Shown here: positions 54,033 to 64,000 of the stretch, piece after piece
How the letters are laid out: the number at the start of each line of letters is the position of its first letter
Numbering within the stretch: position 1 is the stretch's first letter
Assembly: GCA_964016885.1 (NCBI GenBank)
Contig: OZ024745.1
Coordinates: 56,358,001 to 56,422,000, forward strand
DNA length: 64,000 bases
Reading direction: 5' to 3'
DNA from: Eledone cirrhosa
Taxonomy: Eukaryota
Program-made: the position numbers and the translations under genes
The notes under the pieces: model-generated
What the model saw: the letters and a program-made list of their open reading frames with translations, nothing else
What the model was told of the DNA's origin: nothing
Database searches by the model: none

Positions 54033-55054
54033 TCATATATACACGCACTTATCTTCCTCTCTCATTATATATATATGCACACATTGAAAAACACATATAC
54101 ATATATTTGTGTGTGCGTCTGTGTGTCTATTTAATTATAATGATGAACCCACTTAAATGCATATTTTATCATCTAACTGTTGTGACTATGTATGCCTGCG
54201 TGCATGTATTTGAGTGTATTTAAAACTGTAGCTGTAACTTCGTTCTAAACAAGACAACCACATTTCACATCACGTAAGCCTTTTCAAGCGCAAAAGAAGC
54301 TTATTTGTAAACCCCACCCCGTCAATCAGGATTCTATATACTCCAGGGCAATTTTGCTATTTTCTTTTTAACAATTTATTAGCATATTTTTGCTTCTAAC
54401 TTCTGTTTGGATAAAAGAACTTTAAAAAATAAGTACTAAATAGAAATAGTTGAGTTTATTTATGTTTACGAAGATCTGCTTCTCTCTATAACAACATTGA
54501 CTTCTAAATTTCATTCCGACGCTGAAGGTGCTTGATACAAATGATTTCTTTTCCAACGGACTACAGGGATCCGATCGTTTGGCTGTCTTTTTGTCACTTG
54601 TCACTTTGATGGGGAGAATAAGAAAGATATTTAATAATTGTGTTTGTATATATTGCTTAGTATACAGCACCAAATATACTTCTATTCCCCAAATTTGCAG
54701 TTAGATATTTTCATATGCTCAACTGCATTTCAAACGTTCATGTCTAGTATAAATCTATTCAATTCTATACTGATTTCTGCGTAATCATTGCATAATTGTT
54801 TGTTGATGCATTATATATATATTAAGACTAACTTACCTATTGCTTTTATTTTTGCAGATGTCAACTAGAAAATGCTAAATACTAAAAGGAAATAAGGTAT
54901 ATTTCAAAACCAACATTGAAACAATCTTGTTTAGTTGTACGGAAATAATATATAGACGAAGACTAACGAAATTTGATAGCCAAATAGCTGCCCAGTGCTG
55001 GGGAAAATGCTTCCATTCTTGTGACACTCTCATTCATATAACGACCATATATAC

Positions 55055-55112
<58 letters not shown>

Positions 55113-55113
<1 letters not shown>

Positions 55114-55273
55114 CATGACTCATAGGTAGATAGTACCGTGTTGAGATCTTTGGACAGCTGCTTATGGCATGGGTGACATCGTTGATGTTAATTCTGCAGA
55201 GTCTGCACTTGTCACATCTAGGTGTTTTGCCTGTATCTCTATCTCTTTTGTGAATTAGGTATTCTGTGCTGAT
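55113..55273 (-). mobile_element. Dong/R4-type internal fragment (CCHC zinc knuckle)
   Basis: CDKCRLCRININDVTHAISSCPKIS. Confidence 0.75.
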
Positions 55274-55354
55274 GTATGTATGTATGTATGTATGTATGTA
55301 TGTATGTATGTATGTATGTATGTATGTATGTATGTATGTATGTATGTATGTATG

Positions 55355-55899
55355 TTCGGGTCGTTGGCGACTAAACTGGCAACCCCACCAAGGTTTCTTG
55401 GTGAGGAGGGGGACTGGACATCCTGCAGGACTAAAAACAAAACCTGTCAAAGGGCAAAGGAGCTCTTAAGAGTCAATGGCCATCGAAAATCACCGGGAGA
55501 GATGACTCCTTAGCCTTGTCAAGGCAGAATTCTAGAAGGAAAACTCTGATGTAACACCTGCAACCCTGATGGTATCCAATGATGTTGACTTGTTCTTCTT
55601 TTTGGTAAATATCATCTTGGTTAAGAGAGTGGGACTGGCTTTGTGAAGTTGTTTTGCTCACTATAAAAGCTTCACAGCACAGGCATTGCTTTGTATCTGG
55701 AGATCTCTCTGCACTTGTCGTCACATGGTACCATGGGCCCAGCACTATGTGTCAATAATTGTCACAAGTGTAGTGTCTGTACCAGAGTTTTCAAGTCGCT
55801 GGCTGGACTAAAAAGTCACATTCGTTCAGCGCATCGGTAGGGGTTCTCCTACATGGATATAAAGTAGTGGCCGTACTCGAAAACGAGTTGGCAGCCACC
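55355..55899 (-). mobile_element. Probable Dong/R4 5' region, 3'-truncated
   Basis: Repeat unit bounded by (TATG)n on both sides. Confidence 0.65.
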
Positions 55900-55914
55900 A
55901 TGTATGTATGTATG

Positions 55915-56570
55915 TTCTTCTGGTTTTATAATTTCACAAAGTTTTACCAATAGAGAGAGAGTCGGTTTCTAATATAGACACAAGACTCTCTCATTGGAAT
56001 TTACACAACATCAACTGGGTAGATATGTATGTATGTCTGCATGCATGCATGTGTAGATATAGATGTTATTGTATGTGTGGATGTGTATGTTTTGAGTTGT
56101 ATGTGTGCATGTGTATATGCTTTGTATATGTACATGTGTATATGCAGTTATTAGATGCAACATTTTTAGAATGTTTTACATATTTTTACTGTTCCATTAA
56201 TGGATTGTACTTGTAATTTCCTAACTAGTTGTGTTCTTTCTGTTCCTGTGAAGCCGAGCTTCTCAAGATTTGTATTGAGGCAGTTACTAACATATCCCAG
56301 TGCCCCAATAATCACAGGCATACATTTGAAGGTGTAATCAGGGTGGAGTATCTGCAGACTTCTCATCAGTTCTGCATAAATATTCTCCTTTTCACTAATC
56401 TTTGATATTATATTGGCATCTGCTGGGCAGCTAATTTCCACTACTGTGCATGTTTTCTTCTCCCTGTCCCATATCAAAATATCTGGTCTGTTATGCCTGC
56501 ATTTTATTGGGGTTTTTACTGGAACATTCCACCAGTACTCTTTCATATTATGTACATGGATGTCTTCCAC

Positions 56571-56572
<2 letters not shown>
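55915..56572 (-). mobile_element. Dong/R4-type 3' fragment with restriction-enzyme-like endonuclease
   Basis: YWWNVPVKT...HNRPDILIWD...VVEISCP...EKENIY...PVIIGALG (RPD..E..K REL motif). Confidence 0.88.
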
Positions 56573-56601
<29 letters not shown>

Positions 56602-56674
56602 TGTATGTATGTATGTATGTATGTATGTATGTATGTATGTATGTATGTATGTATGTATGTATGTATGTATGTAT

Positions 56675-56847
56675 GGTACCATGGGCCTAGCACTATGTGT
56701 CAATAATTGTCACAGGTGTAGTGTTTGTACCAGAGTTTTCAAGTCGCTGGCTGGACTATAATGTCACACTCGTTTAGCGCATCGGTAGGAGTTCTCCTAC
56801 ATGGATATAAAGTAGTGGCCGTACTCGAAAATGAGTTGGCAGCCACC
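56675..56847 (-). mobile_element. Probable Dong/R4 5' terminus, 173 bp
   Basis: Same terminal sequence as at 55899 and 57461. Confidence 0.65.
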
Positions 56848-56933
56848 ATGTATGTATGTATGTATGTATGTATGTATGTATGTATGTATGTATGTATGTA
56901 TGTATGTATGTATGTATGTATGTATGTATGTAT

Positions 56934-57461
56934 GGCAACCGCACCAAGGTTTCTTGGTGAGGAGGGTGACTTTGGACATCCTGCAGGACTAAAAACAAAA
57001 CCTGTTAAAGGGCAAAGGAGCTCTTAAGAGTCAATGGCCATCCAAAATCACCGGGAGAGATGACCCCTTAGCCTTTGTCAAGGCAGAATTCTAGGAGAAG
57101 GAAAACTCTGATATAACACCTGCAACCCTGATGGTATCCAATGATGTTGACTTGTGCTTCTTTTTGGTAAATATCATCTTGGTTAAGAGAGTGGGACTGG
57201 CTTTGTGCAGTGCCTTTGCTCACTATAAAAGCTCCACGGCACAGGCATTGCTTTATATCTGGAGATTTCTCTGCACTTGTCGTCACATGGTACCATGGGC
57301 CCAGCACTATGTGTCAATAATTGTCACAAGTGTAGTGTTTGTACCAGAGTTTTCAAGTCGCTGGCTGGACTAAAAAGTCACACTCGTTCAGCGCATCGGT
57401 AGGGGTTCTCCTACATGGATATAAAGTAGTGGCCGTACTCGAAAACGAGTTGGCAGCCACC
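56934..57461 (-). mobile_element. Probable Dong/R4 5' region, 3'-truncated
   Basis: Repeat unit bounded by (TATG)n. Confidence 0.65.
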
Positions 57462-57506
57462 ATGTATGTATGTATGTATGCATGTATGTATGTATGTTGT
57501 ATGTAT

Positions 57507-59793
57507 CTTTTGATTCAGCCGTCTGTCGTCAGTGAAGATTTCCTCAATCTCATTCCAGAAAGTCCTGTGAAAGTAACTCTCGCAGAACCTCCGACGCTTG
57601 TGGAGGTTGCAGTGGCTATTTCGAAGCTGAACAGTGGAAGATCTCCAGGTATGGATGGCATACATGCTGAGCTCCTACAATATGGTGGTGAGAGACACCT
57701 GCAACATCTGCACTCTTTGTTTGGAAGGATATGGGCTAATAAATCCGTACCTGAGGACTGGAGAGATGCAGTAATGGTGGTCTTGTACAAGGGAAAGGGT
57801 AACAGGTATGATTGTGGGAACTACAGAGGTATATCATTGCTTTCTGCCGTAGGGAAAGTTTTATGTAGGGTGCTTCTGGACCGTCTGCTGACACACATTG
57901 CAGATTGTGTTCTTCCTGAAAGTCAATCTGGTTTTCGTGCTGGACGCGGCACTACTGATATGATCTTCTCAGCTAGACAGCTCCAGGAGAAGTGCATTGA
58001 ATAAGGCTTGGATCTGTATCAGGTTTTTGTCGATCTGACAAAGGCTTTCGATACTGTCAACAGAGAGGCATTATGGAAGGTTCTCCAGAAACTTGGTTGC
58101 CCTGATAAGTTCCTTGCTTTAGTTAGGTCTTTACATGACGACATGAAGGCTTGGGTTAATGTCGGAGGTAACATGTCAGAGCCTATCTCAGTAAAAAATG
58201 GAGTGAAACAGGGGGATATTCCAGCACCGACCCTGTTTGCCATATACTTTGCAATGGTTTTCTGTATTGCATTCAGGAATTGCGAGCATGGTGTTTACAT
58301 CCGATATCGAACCTCAGGCAGCATATTTAACATCAGGCGCTTTGCTGCGAAGACAAGGGTGTTTACATCAATCATAAGAGACCTCTTGTATGCAGATGAT
58401 TGCGATCTTGTAGCGCACACAGAGAGTGATATGCAGCACATTTAGAATGCATTTTCTGACGCTTGCACTGCCCTGGGTTTGACTGTCAGTCTCAAGAAAA
58501 CCGTCGTCATGTACCAACCTGCCCCTAGTAAGCAGTACACTGAACCAAACATCTATGTGTATGGCAAACGACTTGGAGTGGTTGATCAGTTTGTCTACCT
58601 GGGAAGCACTGTCAATCGATACGGCAACCTTGACAGTGAAATCTCACTTAGGACTAGGAAAGCAAGTGATGCTTTCGGAAATCTAGAAAGGCGACTCTGG
58701 GGTCGGCGAGACATATGCAGGAGGACAAAGGTAAGGGTGTACAGGGCATGTGTACTCTCTTGTCTTCTTTATGCCTGCGAGACCTGGGTCACATATCGAC
58801 ACCACCTTAAGCAATTGGAGCGTTTCCATCAGATGTGTCTCAGACGGATCCATGGCGTTCACTGGAGGGATCACATAAGTGATGTCGAGATTTTGGAAAG
58901 CTCTATGTGTGACAGTATAGAAGCTCTTGTGCTTAAGCAGCGACTCCTTTGGAGTGGTCACCTTGCCAGGATGAAGGATTCTAGAATACCAAAACAACTC
59001 TTCTATGGAGAGTTGGTTAAAGGAAAACGACTGCCACATAAACCAAAAAAGAGGTATAAGGATTCCTTGAAAGCCTCTCTGAAAGACGCTAACATCTCTG
59101 CTGATACATGGGAAGATATTGCTGCTGATCGTAATAAATAGAGAAAGACTGTATATGAGGGAAAAGTTGCCTTTGAGGCATCTCGAATCGCACACGAGAA
59201 AGTAAAGCGGGATGTGAGGAAGGGCATTGCTGTTGCACTTCCAGACGGCGAGGGTCCTCCTATGGTGCTGACATGCAGCGTCTGTGCGAGACTCTGCCTA
59301 AGCAAAGCTGGACTCGAAAGTCATCTTCGCAGTCATAAAGTAAGACCAGTGGTTGACTACCAGGCTGCTGTTGGAGATGCTACTCATCATGATTGCCAAA
59401 CATGTGGTAGAGAATGTAAATCAGCAGAAGGGCTCAAGCTACATGCAAAAGTACATGAACTCCAACCACAGCCGACTATTCCCAGTGAATGTTTTAGTTG
59501 CCGACTCTGTGCAAGACATTGTAGATCATTGGCTGGGCTAAAAAGCCACATTCGATCGCAGCACTGTTAGTTGTTATCGTGTGTGTGTGTATAGATATGC
59601 TTATGTGCGTGCGTGTGTGTGTATATATATATGAATATGTATATTATTATTGTTGTTGTCGTTATTATTATTATTGCTATTATTATTATTATTATTATTA
59701 TTATTGTTATTAATGTATGTGTGTGTGTGAGTATATGTATGTATGTGTGTATGTATATATATATATATATATATATATTTCTTTTCTTTTTTT

Positions 59794-59835
<42 letters not shown>

Positions 59836-59927
59836 TTTTTTTTATTACTTTTTTTTTTATTTATCTATTTTTTTTTCTTCTCGTGCAATGGCCATACTCG
59901 ATAACGAGGGGGCAGCCATTATTATTA
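57507..59927 (+). mobile_element. 5'-truncated RTE (BovB-type) LINE with three C-terminal C2H2 zinc fingers
   Basis: One frame with three stops (58002, 58443, 59139). Motifs NYRGISLL, PESQSGFR, FVDLTKAFD, GVKQG, LLYADD, YLGS, LLYACETW, WSGHL.RM. 3' terminus GGCCATACTCGATAACGAGGGGGCAGCC(ATT)n. Confidence 0.93.
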
Positions 59928-61099
59928 TGTATGTATGTATGTATGTATGTATGTATGTATGTATGTATGTATGTATGTATGTATGTATGCATGCGTGTGT
60001 ATGTGTGTGCTTACAATATAAATTTGATTCGTGTTGATATTCTTTACTTTGATTATTTGATATTCTAGCTTTGTGTCGTTCTTTGAGATATCTACACACG
60101 GGATATTATGTGTGCTCTGTAAACACTGTTCTACCTATATTATACGACTGCTCCGTGCCCCACTATTTTCGATATATATTGCCTAAATACTGTACCAATC
60201 ATATGTAGAGATATCTTAAAAAAACCCGTGTCTTTATTTTAGGAAAAGGAACCAATATATGACGAATATAATGTTACGTAAATTTCACATCTGGCCTTGT
60301 ATTTGCTGCTGACTATTTCGCAGATGACGGGAGATAAAAAACAAATATTTTTATAAAGTCAATACAGAACAGTTCGACTTCAACCGGGTTTCTATTTTCA
60401 CCCTATCTTTTACGTACGAGAATAAACACTTACTATTTTACGTACAAGATAATTAATGAACTATGGTATGGGAAAGACATTTTAGATAGTAATTAATATT
60501 ACAGAGAGTTTCTAACCTTTAAATCTGATGTCTAATTGGCTGTAGATAAATGTTGGTTACGCGGTTAAGATATAACACTATTTCAAAAACAATCCTCAGA
60601 GAATCCTCCAACTGCCAAAGATATGTGTTCGATTTCCTCACATACACACACTCACGCACACCCACTCACATACACACATACGCATTCACCCCCACCCACA
60701 CATATATACACGCCCCCCCCCAACACAGACACACACATACCACGAAACAAAAGAAAAAGTATGTACTTTTTCAAAAACATCCATTACTCTAAAAATAGAT
60801 GTTTGACACATTCTGATTTCCTATCTTCCTTTCAACCAACGAAAAAACTTGAGCTTTTGACTACTATATACAATTCATTCACTTAACACAATAGACACAC
60901 ACACACACAAAGAGAAACCTTCTCATAAAAAGAAATTGAATTGAATTTTGACGAAACGTTGAAATCCCACCACGCAAATAAAATTATATATAATGAATAA
61001 TTCTTCGAGATAAACCCAGATATTCTCATTACATAGAAATGAAGAGACTTTGCTCAACTTCCAATTTTTTCAGCTTTAATCTTTGACTTTTTAAAATTT

Positions 61100-61142
61100 A
61101 ATATTTGATAAGATGTATTTGCTCATCGAAACCGGTAATGTT
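61100..61142 (+). ncRNA. Minimal type I hammerhead ribozyme, U3-A8 core variant
   Basis: AATAT-TTGATAA-GATG-tatttgct-CATC-GAAA-CCGG-TA-ATGTT. Confidence 0.72.
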
Positions 61143-61252
61143 TTATAAACGCCCTGTTATTTTTTAAACTCTTACTCTGTCGGAAAAAATAATAGAAATA
61201 TGCTTCCATGGTGTTTACACATTTAATCTCCATTTTCAACTATATATATATA

Positions 61253-61437
61253 TAACGAAGCAAGTGTGGTAAGGAACCAGATGGACCATAATGCACCAGA
61301 GTACTCAATATTTATGGTAGTAGAGTGGGTAATAGGAAAATGTTCAAGATCCCGACGGCAGAGCTCAAGCCGATTCGATGCCTATTTCTGAAATAGCCGT
61401 CGAAATGGCTTGAGCTCCGTCGGGGTCTTGAACGTTT

Positions 61438-61441
<4 letters not shown>
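61253..61441. mobile_element. About 190-bp fold-back element in (TA)n, copy C
   Basis: Same family as 28708, 36338 and 62329. Confidence 0.85.
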
Positions 61442-61478
<37 letters not shown>

Positions 61479-61480
<2 letters not shown>

Positions 61481-62249
61481 CGGCGAGGAATTAGTTTTGC
61501 GAGGTTTTTTTTATATGAAATCGTGTATCGAAACAAATATTGTTATACTTGGGGAGGGTCATATACGAACATGCCAGACAACAACACGACGGTAACATAG
61601 ACAACATTGAAATTAGAATAATATCTAAACATAGAAATGACCCAGCAGATAGGCAAATCAGAGAGGCCAGGGAAATAGAAATTAGAAGGCCAAGGAAAAA
61701 CAGAAAAAATGAATGGAATAACAAAAACACCCAAACAAACAACACTGACCTAAGAGAAGTATAAATAAATAAATAAATAAATACATACACAAGCGCAATA
61801 ACAACAAACACATATAAACACACACTAGTAAACTAAGATAGAATACAATAACCAATACACAGTCACCCAAACACGAACACACATCAAACAAAACACTATA
61901 CACACACGCAAACGCATGCGCAGAGAAGCCCAAAAAATAAACAAATAAATAAATAAACAGACTAAATAAAGATGGCGTAGGCATACAATGCAACGGGAGA
62001 AAACATAATAGCACCACTGACGATGTGGCAGATGTGCAACGAAATAACTTTGTTAGAATATATATATGTATTTGTGTCTATATTGTATCTCTATTTTTGA
62101 CAGTTGGTAACAATGGTAACATTGAGGACCGAATAAATTAAATTAATCGATATAAAGGACACAGAAGCGAAAACCAACCAAACATTGAGTGTCTTCTGTT
62201 ATTAATTCTGGCAATATTATCACACTAATATATGACCCTCCCCAAGTAT

Positions 62250-62256
<7 letters not shown>
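61479..62256 (+). mobile_element. 5'-truncated Penelope-like element with short inverted terminal copy
   Basis: 61561-61764 encodes the GIY-YIG C-terminus IYEHARQQH...IEIRIISKH...RQIREAREIEIRRPRKNRKNEW. TATTGTTATACTTGGGGAGGGTCATAT at 61538 is inverted at 62230-62256. Confidence 0.88.
62013..62054 (+). ncRNA. Minimal type I hammerhead motif in PLE 3' UTR
   Basis: ACCA-CTGACGA-T-GTGGCA-gatg-TGCAAC-GAAA-TAAC-TT-TGTT; one mismatch each in stems I and II. Confidence 0.65.
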
Positions 62257-62328
<72 letters not shown>

Positions 62329-62331
<3 letters not shown>

Positions 62332-62520
62332 CGAAGAAAATGTGGTAAGGAACCAGGTGGACCATAACGCACCAAAGTACTCAATACTTAGGGTAGTAGA
62401 GTGGGTAATAGGAACGAGTAGGACCTCGACGACTGAGCTCAAGCCGTTTCAACGGCTAATTCTGGACTCAGAATTAGCTGTCGAAACGGCTTGATCTCAG
62501 CCGTCGAGGCCCTACTCGTT

Positions 62521-62524
<4 letters not shown>
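62329..62524. mobile_element. About 195-bp fold-back element in (TA)n, copy D
   Basis: Same family as copies A-C. Confidence 0.88.
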
Positions 62525-62586
<62 letters not shown>

Positions 62587-62637
62587 TATATACATACGAT
62601 ATTAACAAATGGAAACTATATTTATAAAACCATATTT

Positions 62638-62703
62638 ATTTCATTATACATATTTCAAGGACACCAAGTTAAATTATGGTGTGCTTTCATCAGACAAAAT
62701 ATA
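62638..62703 (-). ncRNA. Hammerhead motif (mirror copy)
   Basis: Reverse complement of 62835-62900. Confidence 0.62.
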
Positions 62704-62834
62704 ATATAGATCAGTTTTATAAATAAATATTGACATACCCTTAAAAAATGCAACCACTACTGTTGGAAGCTCCAACAGTAGTGGTTGCATTTTTTAAGGG
62801 TATGTCAATATTTATCTATAAAACAGATCTATAT

Positions 62835-62900
62835 TATATTTTGTCTGATGAAAGCACACCATAATTTAACTTGGTGTCCTTGAAATATGTATAATGAAAT
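62835..62900 (+). ncRNA. Minimal type I hammerhead motif
   Basis: CTGATGA at 62845, AAG-C-ACACCA-loop-TGGTGT-C-CTT, GAAA at 62882, then TATG-TA. Confidence 0.65.
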
Positions 62901-63060
62901 AAATATGGTTTTATAAATATAGTTTCCATTTGATAATTTCGTATGTTTACTCCAAATACTTGTTGAGTGCTTTATATCAGTTATAAAAATATTTGCTTGT
63001 TGTATCCCAACAATTTAAATAGAACTTTTGCATATATATATATACATATATATATATATT

Positions 63061-63111
<51 letters not shown>

Positions 63112-63186
63112 CTCTCTCTCTATATATATATATATACATATATATATATGTATGTATATATATATATATGTATATGTATATATATG

Positions 63187-63219
<33 letters not shown>

Positions 63220-63324
63220 GTATGTATATATATGTATGTCTAGATATATGTATATATATATATATATGTATATATATGTATACATATATGTATATATATA
63301 TATATCTATATATGTATATATAAT

Positions 63325-64000
63325 TATAATGAAATGACAGGAGGCTGGATTTGTGTAAATCCTTGAAAGGTTTATTATACTATGATCATTTCAATGACCG
63401 GGTTCCGTATGAATCCGGTGATATCATCAGGTATTCGAAATATAATACGTGAATGTAATAGGTAAAATCCTTGGGGCTGAAAATCGAGACACGAGGGCGA
63501 CCGCTATTCTGTTCCTTCAACCTCAGCCGGTCGCCCTGGAGTGACGTGGCTAAATTTTATAGCATGCTACTACCGGTCAGATGAACGAAAACAGAAAGAG
63601 ATGGGAGCATAGGTTAACGTCGATCCCATGACACAAGGTAAAAGAAAGAAAGAAAGGAAGGAGAAGAAGGGGAAGAAAGAAGAAGAGAAGTCAGGGTTAA
63701 TGTCAGCTAAAAGAGGAAGGTAACTACTACTGGTCAGATATAGGCAAGCAAGAGGGGGAAGGAATATAAGTCTGCAGGGAGGAGGAGAGGAGAGAAGGAA
63801 GGGAAGAGAGAAGTAGAAAAGTAAGGGTTGATGGCTACAAGAAGGAAGATAGAAAGGAAGAGGAAGAAAGGTCGATATTAATGTCAGACCACAGTCAAGC
63901 CAGGAGTGACGCGAGAGAATTTTCACAGGGACCCGCATCTTAGCGGAGATGGATATATTGGGAGTCAGTGTTTTACAGTGTTTAGACTTCTAGTATGAAG
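63325..64000 (-). mobile_element. Probable PLE 3' region running off the window
   Basis: Pyrimidine-rich UTR-like tract on the minus strand, duplicated GGAGTGACG block, then an HHR and termination at (TA)-rich repeats. Confidence 0.5.
63372..63447 (-). ncRNA. Minimal type I hammerhead ribozyme with 6-nt palindromic stem III
   Basis: ATAC-CTGATGA-TATC-ACCGGATTC-atacg-GAACCCGGT-CATT-GAAA-TGATCA-TA-GTAT. Confidence 0.75.

Larger units (their letters stand above)
62592..63031. mobile_element. Fold-back insert (palindrome 62592-62946, 3-nt loop) with a hammerhead motif in each arm
   Basis: Arms of about 175 bp, homologous to 6104-6529, flanked by (TA)n. Confidence 0.85.

Noticed and set aside
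46957-57505. Repeat-spacer-like alternation suggesting a CRISPR array
   Set aside because: The repeats are microsatellites and the intervening units are retroelement pieces; eukaryotic context with no cas genes.
63570-63938. 122-aa ORF
   Set aside because: Translation of a pyrimidine-rich tract with no domain.

Overview
AT-rich eukaryotic non-coding DNA with no recognisable host gene. The SINE and LINE content and microsatellite load suggest an octopus-type cephalopod genome (inference). Nearly all short ORFs in the track are microsatellite artefacts. Real coding remnants are all transposons: a CR1-type LINE, several RTE LINEs (one long, ending in three C2H2 fingers), a DD37D maT element, a mariner relic, an internally deleted Helitron, a near full-length Naiad-type Penelope-like element (PLE), and Dong/R4-type fragments confined to (TACA)n. 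About 15 copies of one tRNA-derived SINE are also present. The main unannotated signal is about a dozen minimal type I hammerhead ribozyme (HHR) motifs from several sequence families. They sit in short, often fold-back inserts lodged in or beside (TA)n tracts, and two are physically linked to PLE GIY-YIG C-terminal coding remnants. Three motifs carry a compensatory U3-A8 core (UUGANAA instead of CUGANGA) with unrelated but base-paired stems. All structures were read by eye; no folding or database search was run.
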